From: Dendrobates tinctorius
Taxonomy: Eukaryota
DNA length: 64,000 nucleotides
Assembly: GCF_039654945.1 (NCBI RefSeq)
Contig: NW_027361788.1
Coordinates: 42,718,001 to 42,782,000, forward strand
Reading direction: 5' to 3'
The notes beneath the pieces were generated by a model that was not told the origin of the DNA, did not search any database, and worked only from the letters and a program-made list of their open reading frames with translations. The translations under genes were made by a program, and so were the position numbers. This document shows, one piece after another, positions 11,942-24,900 of this stretch. Each line of letters begins with the position of its first letter. Position 1 is the first letter of the stretch.

Positions 11942-12644
11942 AATTGGTGACAGCGGTGGGATATATGAATATATCCTCCCTGGTAATTGGTGACACGCAG
12001 AATAAACCTTGAACACCTCTTATTGCACTGACAAGGACGGTGGTTTCTATCACCACAGCTGCAATGAGGCCCGACGTAGACCAATAATAAACTTGTGCTG
12101 AAAAAAACAGGACCGCTCCTTCACCGGATCACCTGGACCTCAAATGAACCAAACCCTGGTTACAGACCAGCTTGCCATATCACAAGGAGTCCTTCAGAAC
12201 AGAGGCCATGGAATACTGAAAAACTAACCCAGTAACCTATAGAATATGCCTAAATGGGCACAGATTTGAGGTGTTATTACTTTACATGCACTTGAGCCCA
12301 CCAAAGCTATTCTAAATCCATAATTCGCTAGGCCTCAAGTAAGGACCCGGACCTCCATTAAAACTAAAGATATAAACAACTACCGTCTGTCAGGTAACAA
12401 CCCCTGCCATTGCCAAAGCTGGGTATTACACCGTCTGGTAGGGGAGCATGGGCCATCACTCCTGTGATGCTGCTATTACCTACCGGGAAAGCCTGGAATC
12501 TGGTATTGAAGAAAGCAGCCTCAACAAATGCCCTCACCATCGGTCGTGCCACGTGCTACACAACCTACATACTTATAGGGAAGAAAAAAACACCACTGAT
12601 TTGTTATATCTGTAGCCTCTAATACAGGACCTTGGTCCAACTTA

Positions 12645-13050
12645 GGGTACCGTTACACCTAGCGATGCACCAGCGATCCCGACTAGCAATATGACGCGGT
12701 CAGGATCGCTGGTGCATCGCTAGGTGGTCGCTAGTGAGCTGCCACACAGGCAGATCTCACCAGCGACATCGCTGGGGACGGGGATCGTTACTTACCTGTC
12801 AGACGAGGCAATCCTGCGTCCTCCCGCCCGGCTCCACGCGTCGCTCGTCGGCGCCACCAGAAGCGCCGCAGGAAGTGACCGACGAGGAATGGTCCAGGAG
12901 CTTCTCGCGCGATCAGCGATAACCAGCGGGGGAGCCGGTCGGAGGTAAGTATCACATGCAGCGATATCGCTAGCAATATCGCTGCAACGTCACAAAATCG
13001 GTGACTTTACAGCGATATTGCTAGCGAAATCGCAGTGTGTAACGGGGGTT
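12645..13050. mobile_element. PIF/Harbinger-type MITE
   Basis: TTA flanks; imperfect TIRs GGGTACCGTTACAC / GTGTAACGGGGGT; internal CAGCGAT/ATCGCTG palindromes. Confidence 0.65.
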
Positions 13051-13053
13051 TTA

Positions 13054-13725
13054 GAGAGCAGGTAGAGAGAACAATTTCCCACAAGAAACAGGCTACACAA
13101 CCAGGGCTGGACTATAGACCAAGGCAATGGGTCTGAATCTGCACCTGTACAAGAGACTAGTACAAACATATGGAAAAAAAAAGTGTTGGCTACAAGCCCT
13201 AGATATAAAACGTGGGCTCACTCAGCTTGGAAGAACAAAGACCGAAAGACCATTCATTCCCTTATACTGTGCAAATATACAAGGGAACAGCAAGAGATCT
13301 TCTCAGAGATCTTTTACATCTAGTCTGGAACAAGGAGCCCTCCTCTACCTCTACAGGAAAGAAGGTATCTTCCCAACCACAGAGGGCGGCTCCCTACTGT
13401 CAGAGCAGAGAGACTATGGATTCTTTAATGTAAGCAGTGAATGATTCACAACAAAGGTCACGGAGACCTGGGCGACCATCTAGATAAATAGAATATTACA
13501 GGTCAAGGGCACTAGATTCTGTGATGGGAACATGATCTAGGGAACTAGCCTGATTGCCGTATTTGGAGTCGGGAAGGATCTTTTCCCATAATATTGGGGA
13601 ATTTAGAATCTACCACATGGGATTTTATTTTATTTTTTTATCTCTCCCTGGATTAATATTATGTCATGTTCTAGAATGCACTCGATAGACATATGATTCA
13701 TCTCAACCATAAAACTATGAAATAG
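13054..13725 (+). mobile_element. Old CR1-like LINE 3' fragment (may extend to ~12060 upstream of the MITE)
   Basis: Decayed resemblance to the CR1 RT C-terminus (GSLSLEEQR...; ...TVRAERLW), then a GGGAAGGATCTTTTCCC 3' UTR motif and an ...AAACTATGAAA tail. Recognised by eye only. Confidence 0.5.
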
Positions 13726-13739
13726 CATCCAGAGTCTAG

Positions 13740-15690
13740 CAATTAAGGGCAGAGTCCAACGGAATGATGCCAATGAAGCTGGTTCCAGGTGCCGAGGCAC
13801 AAAGCCCCTCTAACCAGAGTCAAGAATAGAAACACAAGGAATGAAGTCAGAGGTCCGAACTCGGAGGCCCGAAGGAACGAGGTGCAAGACTGGAGGCAAG
13901 AAGCACATGCCCGGAGGCACAAGTCATGCTCGCAGATGTGAGGCCCGAAGACAGAGCCATGCACACAGGCATGAGGTGCGAAGCCACAACCACCCTTGCA
14001 GGCCCAAGGCCAGAGCCGTGCTCCCAGGCGTGAGGCCAGAGCCACGGTCGCTGATGTGAGGCCACAGCCATGCTGGCTGGCATGAGGCACGAGGCCATAG
14101 CAATGCTCGCTGGCATGATGCCCAAGACCACAGCAGTGCTCGACGGCATGATGCCTGAGGCCACAGCAATGCTTGCTGGCGCGAGGCCAAGAACGTGTTC
14201 AGACTTGTACTTAAGAGAAAAATCTGTTGATTCAGGATAAACCTTCTCTTTGGGTTGTACATCTCAATTGTCAGGCTAGGCTCACCTGAAGGAGACAATT
14301 AATTGCCCATGAGGCATAGCTGGAGAGAAGTCTCCATACATGACATAATGTGCTTCATCATATGCTCTCGTATAGATGGAGTAGTCAGACTAAACCTGGT
14401 CTGGTGGAACAAAAGTAGAAACCTCTGAGTGTTATTCAAATGCGGACAAACATGAGACCCCGGCATAAGTTAAACTCCGAAGCCTAATCATGAAGCTCTG
14501 TGCAGCCAAACTCTGAAACAGCTGAAGGGCAGCGGCCATGACATGAGGTAGCAAACTGAAGTCAAACAATGAGCTCAGACATGTGGTCTAACATTAGCTC
14601 AAAGTCCTCGGCCTAGCCTCCGAACCCAAAGCAAAACTCCAGCACCTGAGACCCAAGGCCCAGCTTCGGCATAAGGTAAACAGCTAATATCAGCCCAGAG
14701 TCCTAGTACATCAAGACAACATTCACACAGTGCACTTACCTGTGTTGCCTCCTTTTAGAGGAACAGAGGAAGCTGGTTATGCCAACAGCCCACCATGGAG
14801 GGAAGCAGCATCACACCAGGAATACTGCAATACTGCAGATGGTACACAGCGCCTGATAGCTGAGGAACTTCTGCCCAGAGAGGTGTTGACTTCTGACTGC
14901 TTGAGAGGGGGAAGGGAACGCCATGACCCACGATCCCACCTGAGCCCGTGCAATGAAAATCCCCAGGATAAGATATCTTCACTTGGGCTAGTTTCACATT
15001 TGCGTCTTTGTGCATAGCGCATCGTGCGCATCCGTCATGCGGACAGACATGCGTACGCATGCGTTTTAAGAGTAAACATGTCTAGACACTGGTTTAAACC
15101 ACCCCCTACACAAAGAAACATTGTTTGGGGGGTAGTGTATATAAAATAAGGTGTTGGAACTGGCAGTCAGTCCACTACCCTACATCCTAGGATCAAGCCA
15201 CAAAAACGCAAGGAGAAAAACAAGAATCTTTTAAATGGGAGTATAAAAACCTAATGTCTGAAGAATTCAGCTGTAACAGGGTCTATATAAAAAATTCCCA
15301 TGACACACGCCCACTGGTGTCCCACTGGTGGAGTCTGTTTCAAGGATTTTTCAAGGATTTTCGTCCTGTGAAATGTGACACCTAGAGAACGGATGCGCAT
15401 AAAAAATGCAAACGCATGCAAAAACGTATGCAAATGCTGCGGTTTTTGTCGTCATGCGTACGTTGATGCAAATGCGATTGCATGCGTTTCGACTTGCGCA
15501 TGATGCTCTGTGCACAAAGACGCAAATGTGAAACTAGCCTTAGGAGCAACTCTCATGCGACTATCCTCTCTAGGGACAGGAAAAACATTAAAGAGTGGAA
15601 GTGGGAGTGGCTTTTAACCTCTCTGTGATCTTGTCCCTGTATAGGTCAAAGGAAGGGCTACCTCCTGGTGTGCTGTCCAGAGGGACTTAC
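13740..15690 (-). mobile_element. Degenerate DIRS-like remnant (tentative)
   Basis: Low-complexity gag-like repeats at 13740-14190. Terminal segment GGGACAGGAAA...GGTGTGCTGTC (15570-15680) resembles the terminus of the DIRS at 27410-27512. Confidence 0.35.
14985..15540. mobile_element. PIF/Harbinger-type MITE
   Basis: Long TIRs GGCTAGTTTCACATTTGCGTCTTTGTGCA / TGCACAAAGACGCAAATGTGAAACTAGCC. Confidence 0.8.
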
Positions 15691-15904
15691 TTGAAATAAT
15701 ATTTAGATCTTTAGGCTGAAAAAAAAAAAAAAAAATCAGTCACACACAGTAGTGCAGCCTGTGGTTCACTGTTAGAGTTTCTGCCATCCACACCACAGGT
15801 CCTAAGTTGAGTCCAATGATAAATACAGTAATAGCGCCGGGTCCATGGTGAAAAGATACAAAGTACACATGTTGTGTGATGGCTAAGGACTACAGAGGAC
15901 TGAC

Positions 15905-18900
15905 CTTGGTGTAATGTTGGAAGTGTCTCCAGGATTCCAAAGATCTGGTTCAATTCCTCCTGAGTCATGATGGCCAGCTTTAACATAGGCTCATAGTAAT
16001 TCTAAAAAAAAAATACAGGAGAGAAAGATTTATGTTCAACAAACAAAAAAAAACAGTTCTATACTGTTGTGAAACCATATCAAGTCACCTACCATCGCCC
16101 TGCAATGGGCCCTGATATCAAGCTGCCTAACAGCGGAGGTTGGCACCCTATACACAATCGAGATTGGTGCTCCCGCTCATCGGTGGCTGAACCCTAAAAC
16201 TCCTATATAACCCTGGACTGGTGCAGCATACAGTCATTCAATTGACCAGGAAAGGAGCATATAGAGGTTGCCAATGAGGGTAGTTGGGTAGGCAACAATA
16301 AGAAAGTGTGCAAAAAAAGTGCTGGTGACACAAACAATAAAGTGACACGTGCAGAACAAATGAGTACCTGACTATACTGTTCCCTGTGACTGTAAGCCTT
16401 CCTGTCAGCGGAGGTTGGCACCCTACTGGTCAGCGGAATGGTGCCCACACTCCACGACAGCTATCCCTCAAAATCCCTGATATGTCAGTCAGTTTGATAT
16501 CAGGGCCCATTGCAGGGCAATGGTAGGTGGCACGGTTGGTTGTTTTTTTCTGTGTAGTATTGTCTTGTTTTTAGATAAGTTTCAAATAAAGGTTAATGTA
16601 TATCTGAGATAATGTTGTTGTAAGGCTCCTTGTTAGCAAACTTGATTTTTTGACCTTACCCTTTCATATTTTCTAATACAGAAACGAGATCAAGTCTATA
16701 ATAATGGGAATTTTCTTCCAAATTTTGTCTCTACCACATCTACAGATCGATAAGAATGCAGATCGATAAGAATGCCTACACGTTACCTTCTTTACCAAGT
16801 GCAGATCTTCAACAAGCATCCGCTCCCCCTGCATCAACTCGAAGATCACCTGCGGGACACATTATATGAGACCGCCGTCATATAATACACGAAGAGCGAT
16901 ACTATATTATAGCGTAATAATCTGCACAGTGTGAATTACAGCGCTCAGCACCTCTTGCCTCTTGATCTCTTGGGCGGACAGCTCCTCCCCTGCAGTATCG
17001 AACGTTTCGCTCCACAGTTTGTTGCTTCTCTTCTTTGCAGAGCCACCATCTCGGCTCCGTGTCCGCGGTGAGAAGCTGAACAGGCGGTTGTCATTTCGGC
17101 TGCCTATGGAGCGCTGTATGGGGAAGAATGTGGATAAATTCATAAGACATGTCCTGCCCCATAACGATCGCGGCTATGCCTCCATTACCTGGATGGATAG
17201 GCTGAGCTTCTTCAGTGGGGTGACTTTCACTTGTTGGGGGGTGCTTGACGCAGACAATGTTTTGGTGACAGGTTTAACCCTCTTGTTGCTGGGCTCCTGC
17301 AGGGCAAATAAAATGCAATCCTGATTGTTTCCCTCTTCCCCCGTTATCAAGTATAATTTATAATACAAAAGTCCATGGACCCTAAAAGACCAGGCCCTGG
17401 TGGTACTGGTGTATCCACTGTGAGACGGTGTCCATGCTCCACACTGATCTGGTATAACATCCAGTGCTGGTTAAAGTAGTGCCACTATTTTACCGCTACT
17501 CTTGGGTTACGCTATCACCCATGAGGATGTTAGCATTTTACAGCCATAAGGTATAGGTCTCCAGTATGTGGCACTAACACTCTTGCAAAACTTCAGCACA
17601 GGCTACCAGGGCATGCTGGGAATTGTAGTTTTGCACAGATTGGAGAGCATAAAGGTGAGGCATAACTAACAAAGTCCATCAGTTCTGCCAGCCATGTGCA
17701 TATGTTGTCTCACAGCTGGATCCATGCAGCATTCTGCCGCCGAGTAATAACCCGCAGTCTCTGGGTTCTTCATCTTAGACATTAGAAGGAGGATGTGGTT
17801 TCATGGCTTCCAAAGAGTGCAAAAGTAATCACCATACAGGAAGTCCCAGAGGCAGACGAGGCACGCAGGGCCGGTGAGGACAATATGGAGGCTTCCCAAC
17901 CAGACGCTTTACACAGTGCTTAAAAGGGCCAGTGATAACAAAATGGAGGCTGCCCAACCAGCCACATTACACAGTGCTCAGCAGGACCAGCGATAACAAT
18001 ATGGAGGCTTCCCAACCAGCCGCATTACACAGTGCTCAATAGGGCCAGTGATAACAATATGGAGGCTTCCCAACCAGCCGCATTACACAGTGCTCAATAG
18101 GGCCAGTGATAACAATATGGAGGCTGCCCAACCAGCCGCATTACACAGTGCTCAGCAGGACCAGCGATAACAATATGGACGCCGTCCAACCAACCGCATT
18201 ACACAGTGATCAGCAGGGCCGGTGATGACAATATGGAGGTCGCCCAACCAGCCGCATTACACAGTGATCAGCAGGACCAGCGATGACAATATGGACGCCA
18301 CCCAACCAACCGCATTACACAGTGTTCAGCAGGGTCGGTGATAACAATATGGAGGCCGTCCAACCAACCGCATTACACAGTGCTCAGCAGGGTCGGTGAT
18401 AACAATATGGAGGCTGCCCAACCAGCCGCATTACACAGTGCTCAGCAGGACGAGCGATAACAATATGGACGCCGTCCAACCAACCGCATTACACAGTGAT
18501 CAGCAGGGCCGGTGATGACAATATGGAGGTCGCCCAACCAGCCGCATTACACAGTGCTCAGCAGGACCAGCGATGACAATATGGACGCCACCCAACCAAC
18601 CGCATTAACACAGTGCTCAGCAGGGTCGGTGATAACAATATGGAGGCCGTCCAACCAACCGCATTACACAGTGCTCAGCAGGGTCGGTGATAACAATATG
18701 GAGGCTGCCCAACCAGCCGCATTACACAGTGCTCAGCAGGACCAGCGATAACAATATGGACGCCGTCCAACCAACCGCATTACACAGTGATCAGCAGGGC
18801 CGGTGATGACAATATGGAGGTCGCCCAACCAGCCGCATTACACAGTGCTCAGCAGGACCAGCGATGACAATATGGACGCCACCCAACCAACCGCATTACT

Positions 18901-21900
18901 CAGTGCTCAGCAGGGTCGGTGATAACAATATGGAGGCAGTCCATCCAACCGCATTACACAGTGCTCAGCAGGGTCGGTGATAACAATATGGAGGCCGTCC
19001 AACCAACCGCATTACACAGTGCTCTGCAGGGCTGGCGATGACAATATGGAGGCCGTCCAACCAACCGCATTACACAGTGCTCTGCAGGGCTGGTGATGAC
19101 AATATGGAGGCCGTCCAACCAACCGCATTACACAGTGCTCTGCAGGCAGATTACAACTTCAGAGAACTTTACAACCATCCCACAGCAATCTCTGCCAACT
19201 TGTACCACCACCCCACCACCCCCGGACCTTAACCGTCCCAGGGAAGCATTCAAGCATGTGACCCCATAAATATGGCCACTAGGAAGACCAGGGGTGGCCA
19301 GACACCACTTGTGCCACTTATCTCAGGAAAAAACAGATTATATAGGTAAGAAAAACAAACTACCAGAGCTATGTCCCCTGAAAGGGAAAAGAAGAGGCAG
19401 CCTGTGCCAGCCTTTAATAACTAAAGAAAGGGTTAATGATGCAGACCAAAATCAGCTGTGGTAAAGAATGCCTAAGAGGGGACCTCTGAAAAATACGCCG
19501 GGGCGCCTCATGTCCATGAGCAATGGTGAGACCGAACCATTTTTTAAATGAGCACTGATATGCACGAGCACGAATATGTTTGTCTATGTGTGATGTCTTA
19601 GGTTTTAATGAGAGATTAAAGGTTATGTTTTATTTATTGTTGGGAATCCTCCAAGCTACTGATATTAATGATGCAGACCCCAGCCCTGGGTGCACTCACC
19701 TTCTCCTCCGTTACCAGTGCAGCAGCTCGCGCACCTCGATTCCTCCTCTTCAGCTGCAACAGAAAGACAACAATGACTAAAGGTGTTTAAGTGTCACACT
19801 GACTCAGCATACAGTATCACATAGGAAAGGCTTAGATACCCCCTCACAGTAAAGAATATGACATCGGAAAGGCTTACTGTGTGGAAAATTATTAGGAGTT
19901 CATTTTCCTCATGCAAAATTGGACCAAAAATGAAATATTCCTGACTCTGAAAAGCCACAAATTGTTCTCAGTCCAATAGAGGACACAGCCTGGAATTGCT
20001 CAGATACAGTGCGTTGTGAAAGTATTCGGCCCCCTGGAACTTTTCAACCTTTTCCCACATATTGTGCTTCAAACATAAAGGTACCAAATGTAAATTTTTG
20101 GTGAAGAATCAACAACAAGTGGAACACAATTGTGAAGTTGAACGAAATTTATTGGTTATTTAAATTTTTTATGGAAATTCAAAAGCTGAAAAGTGGAGCG
20201 TGCAATATTATTCGGCCCCTTTACTTTCAGTGCAGCAAACTCACTCCAGAAGTTCATTGTGGATCTCTGAATGATCCAATGTTGTCTTATATGACTAATG
20301 ATAATAAATATAATCCACCTGTGTGTAATCAAGTCTCCGTATAAATGCACCTGCTCTGTGATAGTCTCAGGGTTCTGTTTGAAGCACAGAGAGCATCATG
20401 AAGACCAAGGAACACAACAGGCATGTCCGTGATACTGTTGTGGAGAAGTTTAAAGCCGGAATTGGATACAAAATGATTTCCAAAACTTTAAACATCCCAA
20501 GGAGCATTGTGCAAGCGATCATATTGAAATGGAAGGAGTATCATACCACTGCAAATCTGCCAAGACCCGGCCGTCTCTCTAAACTTTCATCTCAAACAAG
20601 GAGAAGACTGATCAGAGATGCAGCCAAGAGGCCCATGATCACTCTGGATGAACTGCAGAGATCTACAGCTGAGGTGGGAAAGTCTGTCCATAGGACAACA
20701 ATCAGTCGTACACTGCATAAATCTGGCCTTTATGGAAGAGTGGCAAGAAGAAAGCCATTTCTCAAAGATATCCATAAAAAGTGCCGTTTAAAGTTTGCAA
20801 CAAGCCACCTGGGAGACACACCAAACATGTGGAAGACGGTGCTCTGGTCAGATGAAACCAATATCAAACTTTTTGGCAACAACGCCGAACGATTTGTTTG
20901 GAGTAAAGGCAACACAGCTCATCACCCTGAACACACCATCTCCACTGTCAAACATGATGGTGGCAGCATCATGGTTTGGGTCTGCTTTTCTTCAGCAGGG
21001 ACAGGGAAGATGGTTAAAATTGATGGGAAGATGGATGGAGCCAAATACAGGACCATTCTTGAAGAAAACCTGCTGGAGTCTGCAAAAGACCTGAGACTGG
21101 AACGGAGATTTGTCTTTCAACAAGACAATGATCCCAAACATAAAGCAAAATCTACTATGGAATGGTTCACAAATAAAGTATCCAGGTGTTAGAATGGCCA
21201 AGTCAAAGTCCAGACCTGAATCCAATCGAGAATCTGTGGAAAGAGCTGAAACCACCATGGTTACTTACCAGTAGCCGGTTTTTCCGGAACCCATGACAGC
21301 ACACCTGAGAGAGGGATGCGCCCCGCCAGGACAGGAACCTACTGAGATATAAGGGGCGGCACCTCTCCCCCGCTTCAGTTGGTTACAGAGCATGAGAGGA
21401 CTTCCCAGTTAGTTACACGTTAATCCAACACCTCATCACACAAATGCACCCTACTAATCGTGCACACTCGTACGGTGAAAAGGGGGGGAAATATACGGGT
21501 GCTGTCATGGGTTCCGGAAAAACCGGCTACCGGTAAGTAACCATGGTGGTTTTCCCTTCACCCATGACAGCACACCTGAGAGATTTTTGGAGACTTCGAA
21601 ACACCTTAGGGAGGGACCACCGCTTGTAGCACCCTTCTACCAAAGGTTAAGTCAGCCGAGGAGGATAGATTTAATCTATAGCCCTTAAAGAAGGTTGAAG
21701 GCGAGGCCCAGGTAGCGGCCTTACAAATTTGTTCAATCGATACCTCTGCCTTTTCAGCCCAGGAGGTCGCCACAGCTCTGATGAAATGAGCCTTGATGCT
21801 GTCTGGAATCGGAACGCTACTAGCTGAATAGGCTACACTAATGGCCTCCCTAATCCATCTGGCAATAGTCCCTTTTGAAACCCCATAGCCTTTCCTGGCA

Positions 21901-24900
21901 CCCTGAAAAGCTACGAATAGGGACTGGGACCTCCTCCACTGGCTAGTAACAGATATATATTCTAGCAGGGCTCTCTTAACGTCCAAATTATGGAATTTTT
22001 CCTCCCTTGAGTTCTTTGGATTTTCGCAAAAGGATGGAAGGATAATCTCCTGACTTCGATGGAAATCTGATACTACCTTAGGTAGATAAGCGGGGTCTGT
22101 TTTTAATACCACCCTGTCCTGAAAAATTTGTGTTTATGGTGGATTCCCTGAGAGAGCCTGAAAGTCGCTAACTCTATGGGCCAATGTAAGGGCCACTAAA
22201 ATGATCGTTTTTAGGGCAAGATATTTTATGGGTAGTTGTTGTAAAGGCTCATATGGTTCTTTTGTAAGGGCCTCTAGTACCAGGTTTAAATCCCACGGGG
22301 CTATTCTAGGTATTGGGATAGGCCTAGACCTATGGCAGGATTTGATAAATCTGGCTACCCATCTATTTGCTGCCAAGTTGCAGTTATAGAGCACACCTAG
22401 TGCAGATACCTGAACTTTGAGTGTTTACCGCTAACCCCAACTGCAATCCTGATTGTAAAAACTCCAAGATGGCACTAATTGGGAGCTCTTGTTCTAACGG
22501 CTTACCTAGGAATTGCAGGAATTTATTCCATGTTCTGTCGTAGATATTAGTCGTCACCGGCTTCCTACTCTTTAGCAGGTTGGCCACCAACCCGGGAGAG
22601 AACCCTCTATCCATTAGAAGCGACCTTTCAAATTCCACGCCGTCAGATGGAATCCCTTGACCTGAGCGTGGAATATTGGACCTTGAGCCAGTAGGTCTGG
22701 GATTTCTGGCAGAACCCATGGATCTGAGAGGGACATCATACATAGAGCGAACCAAGGCCTTTTTGGCCAAAATGAGGCTATTAGGATCACCCTGGCTTGA
22801 TCGTTCCGGATCTTCCTGACTTCTGTTGGAATCAGGGCCACTGGGGGGGAACACATAGTCTAGTCTGAAGTCCCACGGAATCTGTAATGAGTCCACTGCC
22901 CATGGTTTTTCTCTTGGGTTTAGTGAGCCAAACCTCTCTACTTGCCTGTTGTTTTTGTTGGCAAAGAGGTCTATCACTGGTTTGCCCCAAACTTGTGTTA
23001 TTTTTTGAAAAACGGACCGATTTAGAGCCCATTCTCCTTGCCTCAGTGTATTGCGGCTCAGGAAATCGGTCTCTATATTTTCTGCCCCCTTTATGTGCAA
23101 GGCTGTTAGGGAGTGTAGGTGCTGTTCCGCTCTGTAAAAAATGTCGCTCGCTGCCTTCATTAGGGAGTGTGATCTTGTACCGTACCCCCCCCCCGGTGGC
23201 TGATGTACGCCATCGTTACTTTGTTGTCCGACATGATCCGGACATTGCGGCCCCTGAGTAGGGGATAAAGTGGCTTAGGGCTTTGTTCACGGCCCACAGT
23301 TCTCTCAGGTTGGAAGATGCGCCCATATCTTGAGGCCTCCAGGAACCCTGGGCCACATGACCCCTTAGGTGTGCCCCCCACCCCGAGGAGCTTGCGTCTG
23401 TCAGTATTATATCGGTCGTCTGTCTGTCCCATGTCATTCCTGAAGCCAGGTTTGTCCTGTCCAGCCACCAGTTGAGAGAGTCTCTGACCTCTAAGGAAAG
23501 CTCCAGTCTTCCTTCTAAACGCCCTCTCAGCGATCTTTGTGCTGACAGAACCTCTCCCTGAAGCTGTCGGGTGTGAAATTGAGCCCATCTGACCGCCAGA
23601 ATACAGGACGTCAGGGTACCTAGTAGAGACATCGCGTTCCTCAATGTCATGTGAGGTTGGTCTCGGGCAGTCATGGTCACCTTCTCCACCTTTTCTATCT
23701 TGGCATCCGGTAGCAGACAGAGCTTGCTGCTCTGAATCCAGGATAAATCCTAGAAAGGTCTGTTTTCCTAGGGGCTGTAGTCTCGATTTTTTGAAATTTA
23801 TCATCCACCCTAGTTCCTGTAGGGTGTCGGTCCCGGCTCAACTGTGCCGTACAGTGGTCTTCTGAGCTGCCCACGATTAGGAAATCGTCCAAATAGGGTA
23901 TTATGACTGTGTCGTGAACTCGGAGGAAGGCTGTCACCTCCGCTACGAATTTGGTAAAGACATGCCAAATAGAAGAGCCCTGAATTGGAAATGCCTGAGC
24001 ACGCCCTGGATATAGAGAGCCACTTAAGTATTTTTGATAACCTGTGTGGATGGGGATGTGATAGTACGCATCCTTTAAATCGACTACGGCTATAAAACAA
24101 TCTTGATGTAGCAGCTTTATGGCTGAAGCTACCGATTCCATCTTGAAGGTCTGATTTTTTAGCCACCGATTGAGGCCTGTGACGTTTTAGGTACAAACTA
24201 CGTCAGAGAGTGGACCCTCTGGATCGCGGATCCGGAGCCCCTGAGCCGAGCACACCAGGTGAAGACCGACCCCTATACAGGGATCGTTTGGGGCAGGACC
24301 ACAGAGGACGGAAGCGCGACAGCCGGAACCAAGAGGGACGGCTCAACGGACAAAATAAGGACTAGGGAGACGGACGGAACCAGGAAAGGCTGAGCAGGGT
24401 TACTGGGCAGGCAGGAGCAGGAGTCAGAGGTAACGGAGCAAGGTACAAGGAGAGTGGAAAGACAGATGAGAGATCCCCACGAACAGGATAGCAACTGACG
24501 GATAGAGAACGGGGCTAAAACGGAGGACAGGGGAAGCACAGCACCGAGGACGGCAGGGAACTGAGGCAGGACAAGCTGGAGACAAGGGAAAGCACTATAC
24601 ATGTTACGGTCAGGGGATGGACAAAGTCCGAGAGTGGACCCTCTGGGTCGCGGATCTGGAGCCCCTGGGTCGAGCGCGCCAGGTGAAGACCGACCCCTAT
24701 ACAGGGATCGTTAGGGGCAACACCGCAGAGGACAGAACCGCGACAGCCGGTACCAGGAGGGGCGGCTCGGGGACACGGAGTACTGCGGGGCAAGGGCACC
24801 GGACGGGGATCCAGAGAACCAGAGCCAGGATATAGGAGGAAGCAGCCAGGTAGCAGCTGCTAGAGGGTAGCACAGGAGTGGACGCAGGAGCGAAAGGGTT

